A DNA stretch of 64,000 nt from Pocillopora damicornis (taxonomy: Eukaryota): positions 1 to 64,000 of the forward strand of contig NW_020843367.1 of NCBI RefSeq assembly GCF_003704095.1. Reading direction: 5' to 3'. Under the pieces are notes generated by a model. The model saw only the letters and a list, made by a program, of their open reading frames with translations, did not search any database and was not told the origin of the DNA. This document shows positions 11,645 through 24,738 of the stretch, in pieces. The position numbers and the translations under genes were made by a program. Each line of letters opens with the position of its first letter. The stretch's first letter is position 1.

Positions 11645-14600
11645 CTATGATTGAATAATTTCATTAAATAATTCTTCCACATATGACTTAAATTCTTCTT
11701 TATCTTCAACATCTGGAAAGCAGCAGAGACAAAAGTGTGATCTAGAATCACCAATTCTTGACTGTCCAGCCACAATGTTTTTAAAATGTGGGGTACTTCC
11801 TTGAACACGAGCAATTTGCTTTTCATCAGATGTGTCTGATTGCTTGCAAACTGTGTTAAGTGTTCTTTCACAAGAGTTGTCCCTTGTGATCTCTGTTTTA
11901 TCACCAGGTAAGTGTTGTTTAGAAGCTAGACTCCTCTTCTCTTTGCCACTGCATTCAGAATAGCTCTTGATGCTGTGTAGATTGTCCAGAAATGCCTTCT
12001 TCTGCTTGTTTAACTGGGCTGCCAAGAACTGAAGCTCTTTTTTCCCCTTTCCACTGCCTGCATTGGTAATATTTTAGGAAAATAGAGCAATTTTACCAGT
12101 CATAGAGTGGATAAAAATTTTAACAATAATACCAATAAATATTTTTATTGCAATTATTATTATTATTTGCAAGGTATTGGAATACTTGCATATGGCTGCC
12201 ACTGTTCAAATATGATTATTTCTGATCTAACAGATAATTTTTCCTTCTTAAAATATAGAAAAATAATAATAAAATAATAGAATAACCTCCCTCTCAGACA
12301 GTATTAAGAAATTAAACATTTCCCCCCTTCTATCTGCACATCATTGTGAGGTTAATCGAGCAGAAACCATTTGGTTTACTGAGAAAGTTTTTTTTTTTTA
12401 GCTTGACATGAAGTAAACATAGTGCAATAAAACATGAATGAACCACTGTAATTTATTTGGGAATTGGAAGGAGAATCCTCTAAGTGAAACCTGTCCCACA
12501 TTAATTACGGTTTAACACACTTTCATGACTAAAAGCATCAATTATTCAAATTATATCATAACTTACTGGTACTTGTTCATTAATATTACAATTTTTTTGA
12601 AATTATTTCTATGCGATGGAGTCAAAACAATATGCAATGCATGTTTGCACATGTTTGTGATGTACAAAAACACAAAATAACCCATAAATACCTTTATTGG
12701 GATTATGCAAATGAATTTGAATAGGAGAACAGAATAATTTGAAGTAACTGCAATTTTTATATCACAGAAGGAAGACAACTATCCTCTGCCCTCCAGTTTG
12801 GATCCAGTTTTATTTTAAACCTGACATGACAAGTGGCATGTAATTCTTAATTTCTTATTGTTAAAACCTACCTTTTGCCTCAGAGATAACCTTACTGACA
12901 TATTTTCTAAGAACCTGGTCAGTCTGATGGACAATGCTTGTTATGCATGCCATTCTTGACTTTTCCTATAAAAGCATAAAAAGAGAGCCTCTACTACTTA
13001 GATAGCTTCCTTAGGTTTTTAATTGACTAAATTTGCACTTGTTTATTGATTTCTTAATTTGAGATAATACTTCTTAAAGCAGTAGACTGCATTTTTTATT
13101 GGTCTATCGGTATAATAACCCACTTGAGATGTAAATCACAAGCTGGAGTGATGTACAAACTTCTTTTGTGTTCTCCCAACATCTCAATTGGGTTATTATG
13201 CTGGTAAACTGATAAAAATGTGAGGCCTATTGCTTTCATAAAATGTATTTCAATTGTTGTAATCTTCTATGGATTTACCAGTGCAATAAACAAAAGCTTT
13301 TTTGTTTTTTTACCAATCTAGTATATCAGTTATTTATGAAGGCTTATAGTATCTATGGATGAGCAAAACAATGATTATGGCTCTGGCTTTACTATTAATC
13401 ATGATCATGTTGTCAGCAAGGGGTATTGTAATTTTCTCATTGATTGATTAAATCTCCATAAACAAAGAAACATTATTTTGTGAGCAGTACAGGTAGTCCA
13501 GAGTTCAAAATCCATCAGTCACAGTTATAAATATTCCCACCTTTTCCTCAAAGTCCTCCACACATTGTACTGCTGGGTGCTTCAAAGCCTCTCTAATAAG
13601 TAGAGTCACACTCTCCCTTACGAAAAAAATTTTAAATAACATACATCACATCACATAAGAATTTTCAGGCATCATTTATTATTAAACTGTTATCATGAGA
13701 TGTATCTTAAATAAACCTGATCCCACTCTGAAGAAAGTCCAGTCTATAAATAATTTTTTCTAAGTATTCGGAGAAATCAGTTGTAAACCAGTCTTAAAGA
13801 CTATTTAAAGGTGTCGCCTCCTGTAATTCCTTTCAAAGCAATTATAAAAATGAATTTAAAAATGAATAAATGAATTTAAGTCATTTTTAGTGCATGGCCC
13901 CTTTTTCATATAAACAAAAATGTCAATCATTGATATAGAGAAAAGCAATGAATTCAGAGAGGAGCTAAACCTTCTATATGATGCATTCACATTATGAATG
14001 GACTCTTGTGAGAATTTGGATGTTGTGGAATAAATGCAATATTCAAATCTTCTCAGCGGATCAACCTACATTATTTCAATATCCCATTGTACTTCAGATT
14101 TAAATGTGACACTGAACTGCTCCCAAGGAAACTTATCAGGCTCAGGAGGTTCCATTTTACTAAACATATTCTTCATAGTGTCTGATGACACTGGGTGGCT
14201 CCTTAAGTTGTTTCTCTCCTCTGCAATTTCAAGTGGACACTTCAAGAACACTTCTGCAAACCCAGCTCTGTCTTCCTTGAAACAAAACAGTGACAGCTGA
14301 AACACTCTTTTTCAGTATCATAGTAGTAACCAGAATTTTATTGGGTGTGGTTGAAGTAGTTCTGGACAATTTCTTTGGATGAGCCAAGTATTACATAAAA
14401 CAATGGATAGACTCGGAACTTACCTAATAACTTGGTAATTTAGTATTATCAGTGAATGGATATTATGTAAATTGTCCACCACGAAGAGTTTCAAAGCTGA
14501 TTTTTAGCTTTAAAACTCTTCAAGGTGGCCAATTTACATAATACCAACTTCTTTATAATACTAAATTACCCTGTTATACTCTCCCACAACGCAGCACCAC

Positions 14601-15942
14601 ATTTCCTTTAGAAAGAAACCCCCTTTATTAATTTATCTAATGACTGGATGGAGTATGGGCAGCTCCCCAGAGAGAAGGGGTGTCATCCCAAAGAGTAATG
14701 TACAGGATAGAGTAGGGTTGCTGCTACACAAGTCATTTAGAATTTATATATCAAATTCTAACAGTCTTTGCAGGAGTTGATCATACAGAACATATCTCGT
14801 AGTCCCCTTCACCAAGTACAATAAAAAATCTTAGATACAAGTTTAAAAAGGTAAAATTCCTTCTTCCTTGAAAATTATCAAGTTTCCCTATCAAGTATGG
14901 TTGAACTTTTTTAAAATTTTGTAATTTTTAATTGATTTGTATTAAGTATGTCCATTCCAGCAACTACTGTACCAATGTGTGGGGTGAGACTGGGACAAAC
15001 TGATCAATTCTTGAAGTGGAGGAGGATGTGATCCTAAATCAAATATCTCTACCTTTAAGATTTTGAGAAGTTGGCCTCTCTGTGTAACTGCATTGTCTAT
15101 CATTTAATTCCATGCATACCAGTACCTTTGGTGTAGGCTTAAAAGACCCCCCTATGTGTACAGTTTACTTACATTTTCTTGCTAGCTGGACGTATTCATA
15201 CCGCATACTGTGGTAAAACATATTGTCATCCACTAAAATGACATGAGCACTACCATTCCACCTGTAACAATGAGAGTGATATGCATGAGGGTTAAATCTT
15301 TAGCCTTGAAAAATCATTGATCTATAAATGATGGGATTCTGGGCAATTTCAGGTGGCAACCCCAAGCAAATCCGCTGGCGTAAGTCCGTGGTCTTAAAGC
15401 AATCATGGCATGGGATGAAATACGTACGTATTTTACCTCCAGCTACTTGAACCACTCTCAATGCAGGAACACTTTCTGTCTTTCTTAGATATGCTTCTTA
15501 GGAAAATGCCCCAAAACTCTTGAAAACCAGACAATCCTTCCATCTTCAATTCAACTGCCTCAAGATTTGATCCGCTTCCTTCATCTCCATTTCCACATGG
15601 ACTATTTTGTAACAAATTCATAATTTTTTCGACTGCTTCGAGTATGTATTTTCTGTGCTGTTTCCATAATGAGTAGTTCTCAAAATTCTCTAGAGTCTCG
15701 CTATTACCAACCCTGTTTTCGGTTTCCATTTCCAAACCGTTTTGAGCTGGGTTTTCCGTACTGCTACCATACAAGTCTAAATCAAAAGGAATTAAGTCAT
15801 CGTAACACACATATATTGTGTGAAAAGAGCCGTCCGTTATTTCATGCACGTATTTATGCAATATTTTTGCAAATGTAGACTTTCCAGCAGCAGGAATGCC
15901 ACAAATTAACATTACGCCAATTTGGCCACTTTCGTCCGCCAT
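11645..15942 (-). CDS. PSTK: L-seryl-tRNA(Sec) kinase; exons 15942-15437, 15261-15173, 14271-14070, 13616-13541, 12965-12872, 12057-11645
   Basis: P-loop ICGIPAAGKST, YVCYDDL, VILVDDNMFYHSMRYEYVQLARKY, FLKCPLEIAEERN, MEPPEPDKFPWE, IVHQTDQVLRKYVS are typical of PSTK; splice phases are consistent. Confidence 0.9.
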
Positions 15943-16043
15943 GTTGACATGACAAACACGAGAGAAACTGGATCGACTCCCGCCATCCTCTACAGGTGCA
16001 ATGTTAAATCTTCACGTGACTTTACATGTCCGAATAATTCAAG
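15943..16043. promoter_or_regulatory. Bidirectional promoter for PSTK/ATP6V0E with E-box/CLEAR-like TCACGTGAC (16012-16020) and YY1-like CCGCCAT
   Basis: Divergent start codons only 101 nt apart; motifs read directly from the sequence. Confidence 0.7.
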
Positions 16044-17011
16044 ATGGAGAACAAGGGTAATGCAGTAGGTTTGGCAGTTGTTCCAGTTATTGTTGTAACG
16101 GCCATATGGGTAATTGTAGGTGCAATTGTTCCTCTTTTTATCAAAGGACCGAATAAGAGGTAAATGATATTTGATACTTCTCAAATTTTAATGCCACTGA
16201 ACTCTCAGAAAAGACCCTTTAAGTCTGGCGAAATCCAATGTGAATGTAATGTTTCCGATATCCTTTACCTGGTTTAAATCTCTGTGAACCCTTTTCAACT
16301 CCTAAGATCTGATGATTTATTTTTACTACTAGTTGCCACGCATTTTCTTGTTCCGTAGTTAAAAGAATTAGGTGTTACGCGATATCAAGTTTGATTCTTT
16401 CTCATGGCTATTTTTAACCGGATAATGTTTTGAGATTACGAAGAGAAGTTCAGTACAATTAAATCATTTCTGGGGTTAGACGGTTAACTCCTCTCGGGAA
16501 AACATCATCATAAGCGTATTAAAGAAACTGAGCAGTTTCGGAGGGGTATAGCCAATCTTCTCCAAAAATTTAGCCTTCGACTTAAACTTAATTCAAGGGA
16601 AGAAAAGTAAGCTTATAAGGATGTTGAAGTGCAGTTCTTCAAGCTAAAATATTTGAAAACATGGTTTTAGGTTATGACAAAGTTAACTTTCCAACATTTG
16701 TGATTTCAGATTGATACAGACAATGCTTGTTATGACTGCTGTCTGCTGTTGGTTATTGTATCCTTTTAGAGTTTTGAGCTTCATAGCTATTTGCTTATTG
16801 AAATTTGTTTTTGATCTAATATTGGTACATTTGCATTTTAACTGTTTAAGGAAACAAGGAAAGTCACATTATTCAAGGTTCCTATTTCCTTAACTCATGA
16901 TTTAGCTGGATTTGTGCTTATTTCTGTCAACTTAATCCTCTTATTGGACCAGAAATAGAAGCAGGGGCATTAAGGGCAGCTGTCAAGGAATGGGGAGGCA
17001 AAGATGTTTAG
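16044..17011 (+). CDS. ATP6V0E: V-type proton ATPase subunit e; exons 16044-16159, 16710-16757, 16906-17011
   Basis: About 89 aa: ...[52 protein letters not shown]...; the KGPN, CCWLFW and QLNPLIGP motifs are characteristic. Confidence 0.93.
16758..16905 (+). other. U12-type (minor spliceosome) GT-AG intron in ATP6V0E
   Basis: 5' splice site GTATCCTTT; branch site TTCCTTAAC at 16886-16894, 11 nt before the intron end; no polypyrimidine tract; splicing restores CCWLF|WIC. Confidence 0.88.
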
Positions 17012-20000
17012 CCTCATGAATAACATTAAAGGTAAATACTAAAGGCTGGTTACAAGGTACTGACAAAAAAAGATGAAAATATAATGAAACTGATGAAGGC
17101 AGTAGAGCCCCCAAAATTGTAAGAAACAAACTTGGTGTGGTGTTCTTATGGTTTTCAATTGAGTGGCATCTTTTCAAAAACCTTTTTCTTTTACTGTATT
17201 GGCCCAATCAAACAGAAAAGGCATGTTACACAGGACACATTTATAAAGAAAAACAAAAGCTCTGACTTTGTTTAGACTTTGGCAGACAACAAAATGCTGA
17301 GATTTGCAGTGTTCCATTTTTAAGTAATCCATCAAACCCTTCCTCTTGTTTGTCAGGTACAAAATATTTTTAGCATCTTAATAAATAGGATTTTGTGGAA
17401 CAACAATTCTTATATGTTTTCTCTTGACTCTTAAAGTGTACTCTACTATCTGCTACATTCAAATTGTTTTCAATACAGCATCCTTTGCATATTCCTTTGC
17501 AGTTATTAAAGACTGCTGACAAATANNNNNNNNNNNNNNNNNNNNNNNNNNNNNNNNNNNNNNNNNNNNNNNNNNNNNNNNNNNNNNNNNNNNNNNNNNN
17601 NNNNNNNNNNNNNNNNNNNNNNNNNNNNNNNNNNNNNNNNNNNNNNNNNNNNNNNNNNNNNNNNNNNNNNNNNNNNNNNNNNNNNNNNNNNNNNNNNNNN
17701 NNNNNNNNNNNNNNNNNNNNNNNNNNNNNNNNNNNNNNNNNNNNNNNNNNNNNNNNNNNNNNNNNNNNNNNNNNNNNNNNNNNNNNNNNNNNNNNNNNNN
17801 NNNNNNNNNNNNNNNNNNNNNNNNNNNNNNNNNNNNNNNNNNNNNNNNNNNNNNNNNNNNNNNNNNNNNNNNNNNNNNNNNNNNNNNNNNNNNNNNNNNN
17901 NNNNNAATTTCACGCCCTGAATTGTCACATCAAGCTTATTTTAATTGACAAACTGTCTGTTATCGAATGAAAAACTAGGAGCTTTTATTATGTTAGCTAT
18001 ACATGGCTCTCTATTCTGTACCTTTCACCACTGGAGCTTATCAAGTTTCTTTAGCATTCAGTTGTCAGCAGTCTACACCCTAGCATCTTGTTACAATTCA
18101 GTTCACTTTTAATGCTAGTTGGAGATAGACTCTGTCAGAGTTAAGAGTTTTACAACACTAAACAATGACCTGTTCAGGGCACAGACCCAAATCTTTTGAC
18201 AAGGCCATTAACAATACATTGTCCGCTAGTTATTTGTATTGTGGTCATGAAGAGAGTTCTTAACATGTTCAACTGTGAATATTAAAGCAAATTATGTTAC
18301 ACATTATTCTGGTTTCTCTTGCAGACCCAATGATTTGTAATTGTATATAGTCTGTTCTGGTGATATGATGTAACAGGATACAGATTGAATTATCCAAGAG
18401 GATTTTTATTAACTTAATGATTACTATTAGGTTACTGGGGATCAGTGCAGGAAGGAGACAGTATTTTGGATGTTGTAAATTTTAACAGTTTACATGCTAA
18501 CCATTTGATCCAATCCATAAATTGTAACCTAATCTTTTCTTATGTTTGCTGTTTCAAAAGTGTAAATTGATTCCTTTAAGAACTTTTTTCATAAAAATTA
18601 CAATTTGGCATTGGTGGTGTATGAGGTAGAGCAAGAATTTATTTGTTATTTGTTATAATGGCACTTTAAAGTGTATAATGATCTTCTGGTTATATCTACA
18701 AACAATCTGAAGGAGAGTGTTGAATAAAGTTTATTTTAATGAATTGTGTTACTTTCATTATCACTCTTACGATAATTGCAATGAAGAGATTACTTTTTTT
18801 TATTTCAGTAACACCTCTGTTAATACTTATAGTACTTTATGGAGTCTTAGGAATTTTATTTGTTCTCTTCAACCTTTTACACCTAGTGCTAGTAGGTGCA
18901 TATCATCCATACTGTTCTTTGTATATTTCCTGTGGTACTGATGAGGAGATTGTAGCAATAGTGAGCTTCTTCAGTTTGGTTTCATTTCCTTTTACCTCAT
19001 GACTTTAATGTTTGATTCAGTGGTGATACTGTATGGAGAAATTATATGCCAGTCTCTTTTAGGGGTGAAAGGGTCATTAACTGCCCTGTGAGCTGAAATT
19101 GCATGATAATTTGCAGGCTCTGTTAACCAATACTATGAATGTTAAAAAAAATTGATGAAGTTTATTATTATCATTACAATTATAATTATTTTAAAGCTAA
19201 CAATTTTGGGATTTCTCCTGGATCACTTCAGTGTCCATATAATTAAGGAGAATAATGATACTGTTAGTAATAACAGTAATGAAATTGTTAATGTTGACTA
19301 TAGATAAGGACTGTGGCACTGATAATGCTACTATTGATAATTAGTTATTCTTTGAAATGGAGTTGATTTGGGGAAAAAATATTTCCTAAGCCTTGAAGTG
19401 ACAAGGTGAATACTTGAAAGGAAAGCACTTACAATGAAATTTGTGCAGTAACTCAATTCATTAATGAAAAGGCCATGGGTACATGAAACAGTTAACAATA
19501 AGAAGCAATAGTTCATAGGTGACATTTACAGAACTTTGAAATTTAGCAAATTGACGTTAAGGTTGGGTGTCAATGGTAGTTGTACAGTCATTTAAAACAG
19601 ATTTGTCAAAAGCCTGCTTAAACAACAAATGAAAGTGGTAGAGACAGGAAACATGTTTTCATGTTTGCACTGTATTTGTGGCCCACAAGGGTTGAAGTGT
19701 GGGGATTTTCATAAATTTTACAACAAAGTATTGCAATATCATGATGTGCTTTCTGTTGGGCTTGTAAGAGTTTTTGAAAACTACTTTAATTTTTCTCCAG
19801 TTCCAATGGAAATTTCTGTAGGTTATTTGCCTTGAAAGACAAACCAGGCCTTAAAATGAATTACATCCATTAAGAAAACTTAATAATAATAATTATTATT
19901 ATAATAATAATGGGATTTTGCAGTGGACAGTCCATGAGGTGGCTCTTCTTGTCCACTGTTTTCAGGTTGAATTAGAATTTAGAATGTTTGTTTTTGAAAA

Positions 20001-21615
20001 ATTTTCAAGCACTTATTTTTTACAAATTACGTGAGAAATAGTGTCATTACTTGGTAATAATTTACATGAAGAAAGCATCACAGAAAATAAAGTCATTCAG
20101 AATTTTAACAGTGTGCACATTACTTTGATTTGCACTTATGTTACAATGTTGCACCTGTGTTACATAGAAAATGCACTCATTTTTAGCCTATAATTTGTGC
20201 TTGAATGTTATTAGTATAAGTAACAACATGATTTTAATTGCACTTTGGTATTAATAGGCCGTAGGGTGAGTGCAAGTTGAAGTATGAAAATTTTCCAAAT
20301 GCTTATTTACACCAAATTACATAACAAATGTTATTGCTTCTTAATTTCTGATTTACACGAAAAAAAATCACAAAGTCGGGGAAGACTATATTTTAACAGC
20401 ATACTCATGCCATTTGTAATTTGCACTCGTAGTATAACTTTGCACTCATGTTACATGAAAAAAGCACTAATTTTCAGCCTAATAGAAGCACATAATTTTT
20501 TTCATGTATATTAATACCCAAGTAACTGCACTACAGTACTAAATTGCTTGAAACTATGGAATTGTTTTTTGGGTTTCTAATTGTGGTCTGATGCAGATGT
20601 CCATTTAGTTTAAGGCCACTTTAACTTTTGGGAGCCTGCTAGGATGAAACTCGATTACCAGCCCCTGTTTGGGAACATGAGCCTGTGCTCCTCCTCTTGG
20701 GTAGGAACAAAGACTGAACATGAGAGAGTGGTGGAAAGCAAGCTTGTCTTAGTGAAAATGCAAACCAATATATACTACCAAATAAAACTGTAAAATAAGA
20801 GTTTTTTCATTTTTCTGTCTCACTGTAAAATTAACACTTTTATTAATTAAAATACTGTTACTAATTTTTTTAAGAATTACTAAATAAATACCAAGTGAAT
20901 GCGTCCCTCATATAAGCACAGCATCAATGTTGCCAAAAGTTCAGTTGATGGCACAGCTCGATCACTGTCTGGTGATTGTGAGCTGGTAACATTTTTTCAC
21001 AGCTGAATGACAAAAACTTCAGTCTGTTTCTTAAAGTAATTTTTTGTTTGATGCACACCATTCAATACCTTTGCTATGATTTTGATAAACATTATTTATG
21101 GTCTATCAAAGGTAATGGGACATAGCTTTTACAGTCTACCAAGGCCTGGTTGTGCAAAATGTATCTGGTATGATCTTTAGTAAGTGAAATATAAGACAGA
21201 ATATAATAAAATGTTAACAGGAAAGCTCTTTGAGAAGCTATGAAAGAAAAAAAAACAACAAAAACAAAAAAAATAAATTAACTATAATCCTGGGTAAGCT
21301 CAATAGGGTTTTGAACAATCCTGAGAGACTAAATTTAAGGACGATCACTTACATGTGGCGTAAGAAAAAGACCTTCTTTACTTACAAGGGACTTCTTTCT
21401 CCAGAAGGAGTGTCTGTTAAAAGGAAGCATGTGTGACCAATATTACAGAAAATATTTGACGTAACAAAGTTTAAACTTTTGGCATGGTTCTAATATTTAT
21501 GTCCTAAAAATACCAGTTTGTACATTTTGATGGAGTAAGAATTTACTGGCCATTAAAACATTTTGGTCTGGTAAATCTCTGTAACTTCCCACTCCATAAT
21601 TGAGCTTTATTGTGA

Positions 21616-24600
21616 TCATCTATTATTACCCGGTGTTCTGTTGCCAGATAATGCAATCAAATAATATAGAACACCAAATATGAAACCCCCCATATGTGCT
21701 GCATGACCAATGCCATCTGCAGAGTATGCCACAAATGTGCTAATGATTCCTTTACCAGGAGTTGTACTGTCTAATAGAGGCACCAAGTCACTCAGAAGAA
21801 CTGTGATTACAAGCCCCAAATGGCACACTTCATACATCATTTCTTGCGTCATCTGATTGTCCCATTCTCGATCTGCTATTCCTAACCTTCGCCGCCTTCT
21901 TAGTTCAATGTATTTGTCATATAAGGAAACAATATTTGCACATGTCTCAATGGCAACAATAGAACAAATTGCTGCACTGGCACCTTTGCACGATGTTGTT
22001 CCATGAATTGAAGTAAAGGCTTTATCAAGAGCAAACTTTTGCAAGATGTCTGCTTTGTTGCCCAAGAAATCCCCAAGAAGACCCCAAGAATTTGGTGATG
22101 GTAGAACAGTCTCCCAGCGGATTTTTTGAAACATGTAGAAACAAAACTGGGTGAGATTTCCAGCAACTCCACCCCCAAAGAATGCTGCCAATAAATGCTT
22201 TCGACCAAAGCGTCTATGAACATGGTAACCATTTGGTATGAGAGTAGCAAAGTTATTGAATAGGTGCTGTTCATCTATGAAATAAAGTCAGAAAAAGAGA
22301 AATTAACAAACATTGCAAAGATTGAAGGGTTAAGCCCCCTGTGGTACTTCTAGAGCTGTTGTCCGGTTGCAAGCCTATACACAAAGCTCTAAACAAGTGT
22401 TGAGCATGAGTTACGCAAGCAGTAGGTAGGCAGAGAAGTAATGCCCATGGCATACTAATGATTGTGCTCTTCTGCTCACAAAAGTTGACTAAACACAATT
22501 TCTCTAAACCCAGTTGTAAGCAATCCAAGTCAAACATTCCCTCTGAACAATGAATCTGTTAAATATCTTCAGTCTTTCCTGAATGTCTGTCTCATTTGAA
22601 AATGAATAAAGGGCTTCCAAAGAATGTTATTGTACCTTTAAGAAAGTATTGGTTCTTGTTGGTGAGAATAGTGATGTCAAGTATATTGGATAGCTATGTC
22701 TAAAAACACAACAGGGTGAACAGGTATTCTCTGCTCGCACTTGCCAGCTGCTTGCATGACTAATACTCACACTCCATGCAGACTTCAACATGTTCTCAGA
22801 TAAAAAGCAGAAAAATAACCTTTGGGCATAAGACCATATATCGAAATAAATTGAATATTACAAGTAAAAAGTAAACAACAAAACAAAACATGCTAACAAA
22901 TACCAGAACACCTAAAACTATTTTTGGATAAATCTTCTTTTCACGTGTCACCAAAGGAGAGTAGAGATACAGTGACAGACCAGCAGAGATGCAGCAGCCT
23001 TTAAACCTGGGGATGAAAAGCTTTATTTCCACCCATCAAACAAAGGTGAAGGTTGGACAGACTTTACATTCACAGAGATCTTACATGGCTGCGGCATAAT
23101 AATGTCTGTGCTCATAAGCAACCATGAAACATCACACAATCCACACAGAAAGGATGTACAAACTTCCAATTTTGAGAATTGTAACTGATAGCTGTTCATA
23201 ATTTTTCTCACACTTGAAGCACTCTACTCATTTATAATTATGTTGAAATATTTATCTCACAGTGGAGGTTTGTGGGTTTGTGTTTGAGTAATGAACACTC
23301 TTTAAATCATAGGAAGCCCAAGCTCCAGCTGTAAGATCATCATCTTATGAAATAAGAGTCATGGCAAAAATATAAGAATTTGTATAGGAGTATTTACAAC
23401 CACTCTTAGGAATAAAAAATACAGTCAAATTCTCAATGAAAATACCTCACCTTACTTCCACAGCAAATCGCTTGCTATCTGACTGCTTACTATGTTGAAA
23501 AGAAGCCATTTTGGCAAGTCATCCATTTCTAGGTTTGCTAAGGTGAATGTGTACACAGGCTGTTAGACACGTCTAAACTGGAAATTTTTCAAGCAAACTG
23601 CATTGTAGCATCAATTTCATGGGGAAGATTGAGTTTGTAGTGAATTGAAATTAAACTAGAGTATATGCACTTGGATTATGCATTGGATTTGTGGCCACCT
23701 GGTCATTTTGAGCTTGGGTTTTTCACTTCTTGGATCAGGTGTTTGGAAATGGAGTGTGCAGCCTTGGGCTTTTCTTATGTACGTAGTAAACCTAGAAATG
23801 GATAATTTGCCAAAATGGCTTTCTTTCAACATGCTAAGCTGTCAGACAGCAAATGATGCACTGTGGAAGTAAGGTGAGGTATTTTCATTGAGAATTTGAC
23901 TGTATTTTTTATCCCTAAGAGCAGTCGCAAATATTCCTATACAAACTCTTATAATTTTACCATGACTCTTATTATGCAAGGTAATCATCTCACAGCTGGA
24001 GCTTGGGCCACCTGTGGTTAAATCAAGCTAAACACAAATCACAGCATGCAGTTGTGTTTGATGAAGCCAATATTTAGATCAAAAGAAGGCCAAAAGGGTA
24101 CATGAGTTAAGAATTCTGACTTTCTGTCCGGTGTGTCTCTGAGTTATGTCAAGGTTTCCACGAAATAAATAAATTATTTATAGCAGTAGAGCAGTTAATG
24201 AATATTTATACTTTGGCCATGAACTTCAAAAATTGCATGCCATCACATGCCAATCAAAACAACATACATTGAAACCACAACATGGTATATGTTGGTAGCA
24301 TTTGCTACACGTTTGTAGCTCATTGTCAGACTGAAAAGTTGAAAAACAACAGTGATCATTTGCGCTACTAATACAATTTTCACAACGATCGATTTATGGT
24401 TGTTGCATCACCACATTTGGTTTTAAAACCCACTTCACTGTAAAGTTGAAGACGAAGGCACAAAGTTCATGAGGTGAATACCATAGCTTACCTTGGTGAT
24501 TGAAAAGGTTCGTGACAAGAGTGTGATATCGTCCTTGAGCGAGATTTTCGGGGGAGAAAGAGAAGTGATCTTTCAGAGTTGCACTCGACATGTTGAATAG

Positions 24601-24738
24601 GAGACCATAAGACTGGAATTGAGCCAGTGGCGAGGAAGGTTGTGCTGCAGAAACCAGGCATGGTAGCTGTAACCCTACCAAGCCTGTAAGAGTTAATGAA
24701 TACTCTCTCAGATCTTTAGCAATATTTCTTCTATCCAT
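21616..24738 (-). CDS. Rhomboid-family intramembrane serine protease; exons 24738-24492, 22274-21616 (further 5' exons possible)
   Basis: GRYHTLVTNLFNHQDEQHLFNN (loop HxxxxHxxxN), FFGGGVAGNL, catalytic GASAA and GHAAHMGGFIFG; the phase-1 splice joins cleanly. Confidence 0.8.
23302..24021. mobile_element. Non-autonomous foldback DNA transposon with ~230-bp imperfect terminal inverted repeats and TTAA at both ends (piggyBac-like)
   Basis: 23313-23540 is the diverged reverse complement of ~23785-24010; TTAA at 23302-23305 and 24018-24021; lies in the rhomboid intron. Confidence 0.7.

Noticed and set aside
11645-15942. PSTK as a selenoprotein with SECIS
   Set aside because: No in-frame TGA in the spliced CDS and no convincing SECIS seen.
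17464-17970. ORFs spanning N runs (also at 3200-3476, 34077-34311, 37314-37583, 50234-50617)
   Set aside because: Artefacts of assembly gaps.
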